This document shows positions 56,467-64,000 of a stretch of 64,000 nucleotides of DNA, one piece after another. Location of the stretch: NCBI GenBank assembly GCA_963726975.1, contig CAVSEK010000013.1, positions 918,938 to 982,937 on the forward strand, given 5' to 3'. Under the pieces are notes generated by a model, which worked only from the letters and a program-made list of their open reading frames with translations, was not told where the DNA came from and did not search any database. Numbering within the stretch: position 1 is the stretch's first letter; every line of letters starts with the position of its first letter. The position numbers and the translations under genes are program-made. The DNA comes from an uncultured Actinomycetota bacterium (lineage in GTDB: Bacteria > Actinomycetota > Actinomycetes > Mycobacteriales > SCTD01).

Positions 56467-57615
56467 TCAGGCCTTCCCGGTGACGCCGGCGCTGTCGAAG
56501 GTGGCCATGGAGGTCAGGGTCGCCACCGCGGCCTGCACGAGCGGCAGCGCCAGGACCGCCCCGGTGCCCTCACCGAGGCGCAGGTCGAGGTCCACGAGCG
56601 GGCGGAGCCCGAGCGCCTGCAGCGCCACGGCCGCACCCGGCTCGGCCGACCGGTGCCCGGCCACGCAGGCGGCGAGGCAGTCCGGCGCCAGGGCGGCGGC
56701 GACGAGCGCGGCCGAGCAGGCGATGACCCCGTCCAGCACGACCGGCACCCGGGCCGCTGCGGCGCCGAGGACGAAGCCGGCGAGGGCCGCGTGCTCCAGG
56801 CCGCCCACGGCCGCCAGGACGCCGACCGGGTCCTGGGGGTCGGGGTCGTGCCGGGCCAGCGCGCGCCGCACCACGTCCGTCTTGCGCGCCAGGGTCGCGT
56901 CGTCGACCCCGGTGCCGCGGCCGGTGACGTCCTGCGGGTCGCGGCCCGTGAAGGCGGCGACCAGGGCGGCCGACGGCGTGGTGTTGGCGATGCCCATGTC
57001 GCCCGTGAGCAGGCAGCGGCTGCCGCCGGCCACGAGGTCGCGGGCCACCGCGATGCCCACCTCGAGCGCCCGGACGGCCTCCTCGCGGGTCAACGCGGGA
57101 CCCTGCGTCATGTCGCGCGTCCCGGCCCGCACGTTGCGCGCCAGCAGCCCGGGAGCGGCCTCCAACAGGCCGGCGACCCCGACGTCCACGACGACCACGT
57201 GCGCACCCGCCTGCGCCGCGAGCACGTTGACCGCGGCCCCGCCGGCCAGGAAGTTGCCGACCATCTGGGCGGTGACCTCCTGCGGCCAGGGCGTGACGCC
57301 CTGGGCGTGCACGCCGTGGTCGCCGGCGAAGACGGCCACCGTCGCCGGCGACGCCGGCGGTGGCGGGCAACGGCCCGCGAGCGCGGCCAGCTGGACGGAG
57401 AGGTCCTCGAGCACGCCGAGCGCCCCGGGCGGCTTGGTCAGCCGCGACTGGCGGTCGCGCGCCTCGGCGGCCGCGGCGGCGTCCGCCGGTCCGATCGCGT
57501 CCAGGGTCTGCTGCAGCAGGTCCACGTCGTCCTCCCCGGGCCGCTCGCCCTCGGTGTGGTGCCGGTCTTCGTCGCGCCCTGCCCCGACGGGGCCCGGCGG
57601 GAGGTCCGCGCTCAC
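56467..57615 (-). CDS. cobT: Nicotinate-nucleotide--dimethylbenzimidazole phosphoribosyltransferase
   Basis: GTG 57615 overlaps the upstream stop (GTGA). Motifs: LTKPPGALGVLEDL, FAGDHGV, GDMGIANTT, LGEGTGA. Confidence 0.9.
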   Translation of the reverse strand: MSADLPPGPVGAGRDEDRHHTEGERPGEDDVDLLQQTLDAIGPADAAAAAEARDRQSRLTKPPGALGVLEDLSVQLAALAGRCPPPPASPATVAVFAGDHGVHAQGVTPWPQEVTAQMVGNFLAGGAAVNVLAAQAGAHVVVVDVGVAGLLEAAPGLLARNVRAGTRDMTQGPALTREEAVRALEVGIAVARDLVAGGSRCLLTGDMGIANTTPSAALVAAFTGRDPQDVTGRGTGVDDATLARKTDVVRRALARHDPDPQDPVGVLAAVGGLEHAALAGFVLGAAAARVPVVLDGVIACSAALVAAALAPDCLAACVAGHRSAEPGAAVALQALGLRPLVDLDLRLGEGTGAVLALPLVQAAVATLTSMATFDSAGVTGKA

Positions 57616-58373
57616 CCCTGCCCCGCCAGCGGCGGCACGAGGTCGCCGTGCCCGGTGAGGATGAGCGCCCCCAGCGTCAGGGAGGCCACTCCGGTGAGCG
57701 CCCCCAGCGCGATCTGGACCCGCGGGGTGCGCCGGGAGCCGAGCAGACCGGAGAGCCAGGCGAGGGCGATGCCGAGGTCGGTGACCACGAGCCCCGCGAC
57801 GAAGGCGAGCAGGACGACGGCGGCCGTGGCGCGGGAGCCGGAGGCACCGGCGGTCGCGAACAGGACGACCTGCGTCGGGGTCTCGGCGCCCGTGCCGTGC
57901 AGCAGCCCGACGAGGAAGGCCCCGCGCCGGTCGACGTCCCCGGTCGTGGCGGGCGCCTCCCGGCGCCGGGCCCGCGCCCAGCCGCGGCGCAGCGCGCCGA
58001 CCACGAGGCCCACCCGCCCGGCGTAGCGGTAGTCCGCGCGGTCGCGCCCCAGCTGGTAGAGCACGATGCCGCCCAGCACGACGAGCGTCGTGCCCACCGC
58101 GTACGCGAAGGCGTCGTCCAGCCCGGCCGGCAGGCCGACGCCGAGGGCCAGGACGAGCATCCCGAAGACGAAGAGCACCAGGCCGTGGCCGGTGCAGTAC
58201 CAGAACGCCAGCAGCGACCCGCGGGTCGCGTGGGCGCCCGGGTGCCCCTCGTCCTCCGGCCGGGGTGCCGTGAGGTCGGTGATCGCCGCGATGTGGTCCC
58301 AGTCGAGCCCGTGGCGGGCTCCCAGCGCGAAGCTGGTGCCCGCCAGGGCGAGCGGCAGTGCGTCGAGCAGCAA
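57612..58373 (-). CDS. NicO/NiCoT-superfamily putative cobalt (nickel) transporter
   Basis: TTG 58373 is the track start. About 6 TM helices. RHGLDWDHIAAI resembles the NiCoT HX4DH signature. It sits between a B12 riboswitch and cobT. Confidence 0.65.
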   Translation of the reverse strand: MLLDALPLALAGTSFALGARHGLDWDHIAAITDLTAPRPEDEGHPGAHATRGSLLAFWYCTGHGLVLFVFGMLVLALGVGLPAGLDDAFAYAVGTTLVVLGGIVLYQLGRDRADYRYAGRVGLVVGALRRGWARARRREAPATTGDVDRRGAFLVGLLHGTGAETPTQVVLFATAGASGSRATAAVVLLAFVAGLVVTDLGIALAWLSGLLGSRRTPRVQIALGALTGVASLTLGALILTGHGDLVPPLAGQG

Positions 58374-58379
58374 GGTCCG

Positions 58380-58525
58380 GCTCTTCCCCGTCGGCGGAGG
58401 TGCGTGCGAGTCGGCCCACGCCGTCGGCGACCTGGCTCGCCGCCCCCCGCGGACGGGGACCGGACGTCAGTAGCGCACCTGCACCGGACTCGCACCGGAC
58501 TTCCCCGACGACCGGGTCAGGAGCA
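58380..58525 (-). promoter_or_regulatory. Cobalamin (B12) riboswitch
   Basis: The minus-strand RNA reads GUCGGGGAAGUCCGGUGCGAGUCCGGUGCAGGUGCGCUACUGACG...GCGAGCCAGGUCGCCGACGG. By eye it fits the cobalamin riboswitch core (GGGAAnnCGGUGnnAnUCCGnnGC, a GCCACUG-like box, AGCCAGG..ACC.GCC). A second CGGGGAAGAG lies just before the TTG start. Confidence 0.65.
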
Positions 58526-58530
58526 GGACA

Positions 58531-58716
58531 CTAGCGCTCCGGCTCGGCCGGGGGCGCGACATCGGCCTCGTCGACGGTGTCGGCCGCCTCGTCCGCGCCG
58601 ATCGTGGAGCCGTCCGCGAAGCCCGTGCCGTCGGGGGTGTCGGAGCCGGTGCCGGGCAGGCCGCCGGTCGCGCCGGGGCCGGAGGGCTGGGAGGGGGTGC
58701 TCGAGGAGTCGGTCAT
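58531..58716 (-). CDS. Small acidic Gly/Thr/Asp-rich hypothetical protein
   Basis: ATG 58716 is preceded by GGGGAAGGGG. It has 61 codons with near-uniform GC3. No family was recognised. Confidence 0.35.
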   Translation of the reverse strand: MTDSSSTPSQPSGPGATGGLPGTGSDTPDGTGFADGSTIGADEAADTVDEADVAPPAEPER

Positions 58717-58753
58717 GGCCTGCCCCTTCCCCGTGCGGGTGCCGACTACCGGG

Positions 58754-59512
58754 TCAGGAGGCCCCGCGCGCCAGGCGACGTACGACCTGCCGGGTCAGGG
58801 CGTCCGGGGTGACCTGCGAGCTGAGCGCCAGCAGCCGGGCCTGACGGCCCACCGCCCGGTGCGGACCCCGTGCCCGCGGCCCTGGCCGCAGCGCGGCCGC
58901 GACCACCGCGTCCGCGACCTGCGCGGCCGTGAGCCGGACACCGAGCGTGCGGGTCGTGGGCAGGTGCGCGACCTGTCGACCCATGTCGGTGCCCACGAAC
59001 AGCGGCAGGACGTCGACGACGCGCAGGCCGTGCGGCTCCCACTCGAGGTCGAGCGCCTCGGTGAGCGCGCTGACGGCCGCCTTCGTCGCGGAGTACGTCG
59101 CGAGCCCGGGCTGCCCGTAGAGCGCGCTCGCGGAGGACAGGTTGACCACCACGCCGCCCGCCCGCAGCTGCGGGAAGGCCGCGGCGCAGCCGTGCAGGAC
59201 CCCCTTGACGTTGACGTCGACGACGCGGGCCTGGGCCGCGGCGGACTGCTCGCTGAAGGGGCCGGCGACGAGCACCCCGGCGTTGTTGACGAGCACGTCC
59301 AGGCTCCCGAACGCCGCGAGGCAGCGCTGCCAGTCCTCGGGGTCGGTGACGTCCAGCCGGTCGGTCACGAGGCCGGGCACCTGCGCGGCCAGCTCCCCCA
59401 GACCCCCGCCGTCGACGTCGTACGCCCCGACCCGCCAACCGCGGCTGGCGAAGCGCAGCACGACCTCGCGACCGATGCCGCGGGCGGCACCGGTGACGAC
59501 GACGGACCTCAC
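58754..59512 (-). CDS. Short-chain dehydrogenase/reductase
   Basis: GTG 59512 overlaps the esterase stop (GTGA). Motifs: TGAARGIG, NNAG, YSATK. Confidence 0.85.
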   Translation of the reverse strand: MRSVVVTGAARGIGREVVLRFASRGWRVGAYDVDGGGLGELAAQVPGLVTDRLDVTDPEDWQRCLAAFGSLDVLVNNAGVLVAGPFSEQSAAAQARVVDVNVKGVLHGCAAAFPQLRAGGVVVNLSSASALYGQPGLATYSATKAAVSALTEALDLEWEPHGLRVVDVLPLFVGTDMGRQVAHLPTTRTLGVRLTAAQVADAVVAAALRPGPRARGPHRAVGRQARLLALSSQVTPDALTRQVVRRLARGAS

Positions 59513-60378
59513 CGGCGCACCCGTGCGAGCGCCTCGCCGAGGGCCCGCACGGCCTGAGCCGCCTCCGGCACGACGGCGGCCTGCAGGTGCACGTCGTGCC
59601 ACAGCCCGTCGAGCAGGTGGGTCTGGACCGCGACGCCCGCCGCCGCGAGGCGCCGGCCGAGCTCCTCGCCCTCCGGGCGGAGCCGCTCCTGCCCCGACAC
59701 GTGCAGCACGACGGGCGGCAGGCCGGACAGGTCGGCCGACAGCGGCGACAGCGCGGCCGCGTCCGCGCCGCCCAGGTAGGCGGTGTAGCCCTGCCGCAGC
59801 CACGACAGCTGCAGGAGCGGGTCGTGCCCCGACCAGCGCGCTGCCCGCTCGAGGGTGAGGTCGGCCACCGGGCTGACCAGGCCGAGCGCGTCCGGTGCCG
59901 GCAGGTGCGTCCCGCGCAGGCGCAGCGCGAGCAGCAGCGCGAGGCACCCGCCCGCCGAGTCGCCGACCAGCGTCACCGGACCGCCGGCGACCAGCTCCTC
60001 GTACGCCGCCTGCGCGTCGTCGACGGCGGCAGGGTGGGTGTGCTCGGGCGCCAGGCGGTAGTCCAGCACGTGCACCGGGCGTCCCGTCGCCGAAGACAGG
60101 TGCGCCGCGAAGGCGCGGTGGGTGACCAGCGGCCCGAGCAGGAACGCGCCGCCGTGCAGCAGCAGCACGGCGCCGGGGCCGTCCGCCCCGCCGGCCTGCA
60201 GCCGCTCGCTGGGACGACCGCCGAGCGCGGGTCGCGTGAGCGTGGTGCCGCGCGGCAGCGGGGCCCGCGACCCGAGCCCGACGACGACGCGCTGCACGGC
60301 GACCGGGGTGCGGGGGTGGAGCACCGGGCGCACGGCGGTCTGCAGGGCGCCCCGGACGAGGCGCGCGGCCAGGCTCAT
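59509..60378 (-). CDS. Alpha/beta hydrolase, hormone-sensitive-lipase-like esterase
   Basis: ATG 60378 overlaps the BVMO stop (ATGA). LLLHGGAFLLG oxyanion motif and GDSAGG nucleophile. Confidence 0.8.
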   Translation of the reverse strand: MSLAARLVRGALQTAVRPVLHPRTPVAVQRVVVGLGSRAPLPRGTTLTRPALGGRPSERLQAGGADGPGAVLLLHGGAFLLGPLVTHRAFAAHLSSATGRPVHVLDYRLAPEHTHPAAVDDAQAAYEELVAGGPVTLVGDSAGGCLALLLALRLRGTHLPAPDALGLVSPVADLTLERAARWSGHDPLLQLSWLRQGYTAYLGGADAAALSPLSADLSGLPPVVLHVSGQERLRPEGEELGRRLAAAGVAVQTHLLDGLWHDVHLQAAVVPEAAQAVRALGEALARVRR

Positions 60379-61841
60379 GCCGCGACCCCGGCCGGGCGCG
60401 TCTCCACGCTGAAGTCCTGCAGCCGCACCCGGCGCAGCCGGGCGCGCAGCTCCAGTGTCGAGCCGGGCCAGTTCTGGGTGTTGCGCCCGCTCGCCGTCTG
60501 GTACCAGCTCGTGCAGCCGCCGGCGAAGACGGTGCCCCGCATGCGCCGCTGCACCTCGTCGTTGAAGGCGGCCTGCACCGGCGCGTGCACGTCGAGGCTG
60601 CGCACCCCGCCCTGCAGCAGCCGCACCGCGTCGAGGACGTAGGCGAACTGGCTCTCGAGCACGTGCACGATGGAGTTGTGGCCGAGGTTGGTGTTCGGGC
60701 CGTAGAGCACGAACAGGTTGGGGAAGCCGCTGACCACCGTGCCGAGGTAGGCCTCGGCACCGTCGGTCCAGGCGTCGCCCAGCGACCGCCCCCCGCGGCC
60801 GTGCACCTGCATCGGCACGAGCAGCTCGGTCGCCGCGAAGCCGGTCCCCAGCACGATCGTGTCGACGGGGTGCCGGACACCGTCCGCCGTGCGCAGCGCG
60901 TGCGGCTCCACCTCGACGACCCGCTCGTGGACGACACGCACGTGCGGCCGCACGAGCGCCGGGTACCAGTCGTTGCTCTGCAGGATCCGCTTGCAGCCCA
61001 TCGTGTAGTCGGGCGTGAGGCGGGCGCGCAGGTCGGGGTCGGGCACGCTGCGGGACAGGTGCCGCCGGAAGCGGTGCTGGTGCAGCGCCATGAGCCGCGG
61101 TTCGGTGTTGAAGCCCAGGCTGCGCGCCTCGTTGACGACGTACGTCCGGAGCCGGTCGGCGGCGAGCGTCGCCGGCACGTGCCGCAGCAGCGCGTGCGTG
61201 CGTCGGCCGTACGCGCGGTCGGGCTTGGGCAGCACGTAGGGGGCACTGCGCTGGAAGACCGTGAGCGAGGCGACCCGGTCGACGATCTCGGGCACGAACT
61301 GGATCGCGCTCGCCCCGGTCCCCAGGACCGCCACCCGCTCCCCGGACAGGTCGTGGTCGTGGTCCCAGCGGGCCGAGTGGAACGACGTGCCGGCGAAGCG
61401 GTCCAGGCCGGGGACGTGCGGCACCGACGGGCGCCGCAGCTGCCCGCACGCGGTGACCAGGACGTCCGCCTCGTGCTCCTGACCCGTCGACAACCGCAGG
61501 CGCCAGGTCGCCGTCCCCTCGTCCCAGGTCGCCGTGCGGACCTCGGTCGAGAAGCGCACGTGCGGCAGCACGCCGGCCTCCTGCGCCACGCGGCGCAGGT
61601 AGGCGTGGATCTCCGGCTGCGGGGCGAAGCGGCGCGACCAGCCGCCCTCCGGGGCGAAGGAGAACGAGTACAGGTGCGACGCGACGTCGCAGGCCGCCCC
61701 GGGGTAGGTGTTGTCGCGCCACACGCCGCCGACGTCGTCGGTGGCCTCGAACACCGTCAGGTCGACGATCCCCGCCTGCTTGAGGCGCACCGCCATGCCG
61801 ATCCCGCCGAACCCGCTGCCCACCACCGCGACGCGCACCAC
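60375..61841 (-). CDS. Baeyer-Villiger-type flavin monooxygenase
   Basis: GTG 61841. VAVVGSGFGGIG (FAD), BVMO fingerprint FAGTSFHSARWD and VAVLGTGASAIQ (NADP). Confidence 0.85.
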   Translation of the reverse strand: MVRVAVVGSGFGGIGMAVRLKQAGIVDLTVFEATDDVGGVWRDNTYPGAACDVASHLYSFSFAPEGGWSRRFAPQPEIHAYLRRVAQEAGVLPHVRFSTEVRTATWDEGTATWRLRLSTGQEHEADVLVTACGQLRRPSVPHVPGLDRFAGTSFHSARWDHDHDLSGERVAVLGTGASAIQFVPEIVDRVASLTVFQRSAPYVLPKPDRAYGRRTHALLRHVPATLAADRLRTYVVNEARSLGFNTEPRLMALHQHRFRRHLSRSVPDPDLRARLTPDYTMGCKRILQSNDWYPALVRPHVRVVHERVVEVEPHALRTADGVRHPVDTIVLGTGFAATELLVPMQVHGRGGRSLGDAWTDGAEAYLGTVVSGFPNLFVLYGPNTNLGHNSIVHVLESQFAYVLDAVRLLQGGVRSLDVHAPVQAAFNDEVQRRMRGTVFAGGCTSWYQTASGRNTQNWPGSTLELRARLRRVRLQDFSVETRPAGVAA

Positions 61842-61851
61842 GTCGCGGACT

Positions 61852-63435
61852 CTAGAGCGCGGTGCCCACGGGCGCAGGCGGGGCGGCCGGGACCGTGCCG
61901 GGCACCGGTCGGCCGGGGGGCGCGTCGTCGTCCCCGGGCAGCGGGGTCGTCCGGCGCGGCATGAGCAGGACCGAGGCGGCGAGCAGGACGGCCAGCACGA
62001 CGAGGCCGAGGAAGACCGCGTGCGAGGCGTCCGAGACGGCGCTGCGGACGTAGGCGACGACCGGCCCGTCGCCGCCCGAGAGGGCGCGCGAGGCCGCGTC
62101 GACGTCCTCGGGCAGCCGGCCCGCGACCTGCGCCGGCGGCGCGGCGAACCGGGCGGCCAGCACGGAGTTGGCGACCGCGCCGAAGGCCGCGGCACCCAGG
62201 GCGCTGCCCATCGACCGGGCGAACATGTTCGTCCCCGTGACGACCCCGCGCCGCCGCCACCCGACGACGGACTGCAGCGCCACGACGGTGGGCGAGGACG
62301 ACAGGCCCATCCCCAGCCCGACGACGAACATCGCCCCCGCGACGCCCCACACCGACGACCCCTCCCCCAGCGGCAGCGTGAGCAGCGCGCCGACGACCAC
62401 GAGCGCGGCGCCGAGCAGGGCCGTGTCGCGGAACCCGATGCGCAGGTAGACGCGCCCGGCGAAGCCCGCGGCGAGCGGCCAGCCGAGCGTGAGGGCGCCG
62501 AGCGCGAGGCCGGCCTCCACCGCCCCGGTGCCGAGGACCCCCTGCACGAAGGTCGGGACGTACGACGAGAGGCCGATGAGCGCGGCGCCCACCGCGACCG
62601 CGACGAGGTTGCCGCCCACGAGCAGCCGCGAGCGGAAGACCCACAGCGGGAGCACCGGCTCGGCGGCGCGGCGCTCGACGGCCACGAAGGCGACGAGGAA
62701 GGCCGCGGCCCCGACCAGCACCGCCGCGCTCGTCGGGGAGGCCCACGCCCAGGCGTTGCCGCCCTCGAGCAGCCCGAGCACGAGCAGCGAGCAGCCCGTC
62801 GTGAGGGTGAGGGTGCCGGCGACGTCGATGCGGTGCGGCCGCCGCTCGACGCGCTCCGCGAAGCGGCGGTGCAGCGCGAGCAGGGCGACGAGACCGAGCG
62901 GAAGGTTGACGAAGAAGATCCAGCGCCACGAGACGTACTCGCTGAACAGGCCCCCGATGGCCGGCCCGGCGACCGATGCCAGGCCCCAGACCGAGGCGAC
63001 GTAGCCCTGGACCCGCGAGCGCTCCTCGACGGTGTACAGGTCGCCGATGATCGTCAGGCCCATCGGCTGGATCGCGCCGGCGCCGACGCCCTGCAGCCCC
63101 CGGGCGGCGATCAGCACGGGCATCGACCAGGCGGCGCCGCACAGCAGCGAGGCGACGAGGAAGACCGCGACGCCGAAGAACATCACCGGCTTGCGTCCCA
63201 CGACGTCGGCGAGCTTGCCGTAGACGGGCACCGTGACGGCCTGGGTGAGCAGGTACACCGAGAACAGCCACGGGAAGGCGCTGAAGCCACCCAGGTCCGC
63301 GACCACGCTCGGCACGGCGGTCGCGATGACCGTGCTGTCGAGCGCGATCAGCGCCGTCGTGAGCATGACGGCGCCGAGCACCGGGCCGCGCTCGCTGCGC
63401 AGCCCGACGGCGGTGGTCGTGGTCGGGCTCGTCAT
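61852..63435 (-). CDS. MFS transporter, DHA2 (EmrB/QacA-like, 14-TM)
   Basis: ATG 63435 is preceded by GGAGAGG (track ORF starts at 63465). Motifs: LDSTVIATAVPS, GKLADVVGRKPV, and 14 hydrophobic segments. Confidence 0.85.
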   Translation of the reverse strand: MTSPTTTTAVGLRSERGPVLGAVMLTTALIALDSTVIATAVPSVVADLGGFSAFPWLFSVYLLTQAVTVPVYGKLADVVGRKPVMFFGVAVFLVASLLCGAAWSMPVLIAARGLQGVGAGAIQPMGLTIIGDLYTVEERSRVQGYVASVWGLASVAGPAIGGLFSEYVSWRWIFFVNLPLGLVALLALHRRFAERVERRPHRIDVAGTLTLTTGCSLLVLGLLEGGNAWAWASPTSAAVLVGAAAFLVAFVAVERRAAEPVLPLWVFRSRLLVGGNLVAVAVGAALIGLSSYVPTFVQGVLGTGAVEAGLALGALTLGWPLAAGFAGRVYLRIGFRDTALLGAALVVVGALLTLPLGEGSSVWGVAGAMFVVGLGMGLSSSPTVVALQSVVGWRRRGVVTGTNMFARSMGSALGAAAFGAVANSVLAARFAAPPAQVAGRLPEDVDAASRALSGGDGPVVAYVRSAVSDASHAVFLGLVVLAVLLAASVLLMPRRTTPLPGDDDAPPGRPVPGTVPAAPPAPVGTAL

Positions 63436-63499
63436 CGCTGCGCCTCTCCGGTCGTTGCCGAGCACAACCGCCCGGCCCGACCGTCATTCCGGGCCGGGC

Positions 63500-64000
63500 T
63501 CAGACCGCGCAGAGCATCGACCACAGCGCACCGGTGAGCCGGTCGCTGCCCGCCCGGTCGCGCACGGCGGTGCGCCAGTGCTCGGCCGTCAGACCGGGGA
63601 ACGTGTCGCCGCGCCGCACGGCGATGCCGACCTCCCGGAGCCGGTCGCGGACGTACGCGTGACCGGGCGCGCGGCAGAGCAGGTAGGGCGCCTGCGACCC
63701 CGGCGCCACCTCCAGACCGAGACCGGTCAGCGCGCGGGCGAGCCGGGCCCGTTCGGCGGCCGTCGTCAGCGCGGCGTCCTGGGCCTCCTGCACCGCTCGC
63801 GGGGTGCTGCAGGCCTCGGCGGCGGCCAGTGCCGGGCTCGACACCGACCACAGCGGCTGGGCCGCGCGCAGCCCCTCGAGCAGCGCGGGCGGGCCGAGCA
63901 CGTAGCCGATCCTCAGCCCGGCGAGCGACCAGGTCTTCGTGAGGCTGCGGACGACGACCAGGCCGGGCAGGTCTGCGCGACCGGCCAGCGACCCCCGCTC
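63500..64000 (-). CDS. cobC: CobC/CobD-type PLP aminotransferase-fold enzyme (threonine-phosphate decarboxylase family); 5' end outside window
   Basis: The frame is open to the window edge. SLTKTWSLAGLRIGY is the PLP-lysine region, and the C-terminal domain ends at 63500. Confidence 0.75.
   Translation of the reverse strand, partial: ERGSLAGRADLPGLVVVRSLTKTWSLAGLRIGYVLGPPALLEGLRAAQPLWSVSSPALAAAEACSTPRAVQEAQDAALTTAAERARLARALTGLGLEVAPGSQAPYLLCRAPGHAYVRDRLREVGIAVRRGDTFPGLTAEHWRTAVRDRAGSDRLTGALWSMLCAV

Overview
This 64-kb window is a very GC-rich actinobacterial chromosome segment. Third codon positions are almost all G/C and every frame carries long spurious ORFs. Calls therefore rest on recognisable protein motifs, start-codon context and stop/start overlaps.

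Backbone. It is a conserved housekeeping block: cobU, a CobT-like gene, cobS, gcvT, gntK, pepA, lpdA, sucB (E2), lipB, pheA, lipA, glnA, glnE, glnA2, nadE and panB. From memory, this order mirrors the M. tuberculosis Rv2207-Rv2225 region. A second cobalamin locus lies further right: a B12 riboswitch, a NicO-type transporter, cobT and an RNB RNase, with cobC at the right edge.

Accessory insertions:
- a ParA-like ATPase with a small partner ORF
- an atypical Ser/Thr kinase
- a membrane protein-MMPL-methyltransferase module next to an acyl-CoA synthetase
- a secreted beta-helix protein
- an MFS-BVMO-esterase-SDR cassette

Best candidate for an undescribed system. At 31.6-37.0 kb there is a tightly coupled operon. 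It encodes a MauE-like membrane protein, a membrane-anchored CxxC thioredoxin-fold protein, a polytopic membrane protein with an in-frame UGA, a soluble unknown protein, and a Tat-signal protein with 23 Cys plus LGFP wall-binding repeats. An NlpC/P60 hydrolase follows.

Sequence integrity. Many housekeeping genes are frameshifted. One 4-kb block (aldo-keto reductase, nadE, panB, cupin) is saturated with mostly +1 shifts. This looks more like assembly error than biology.

Other structures. There is a 75-bp tandem hairpin repeat downstream of glnA and a GlnR-box-like site upstream of glnA. About fourteen gene junctions use 4-nt GTGA/ATGA overlaps.

Not found. I recognised no rRNA, tRNA, CRISPR array, transposase or integrase.
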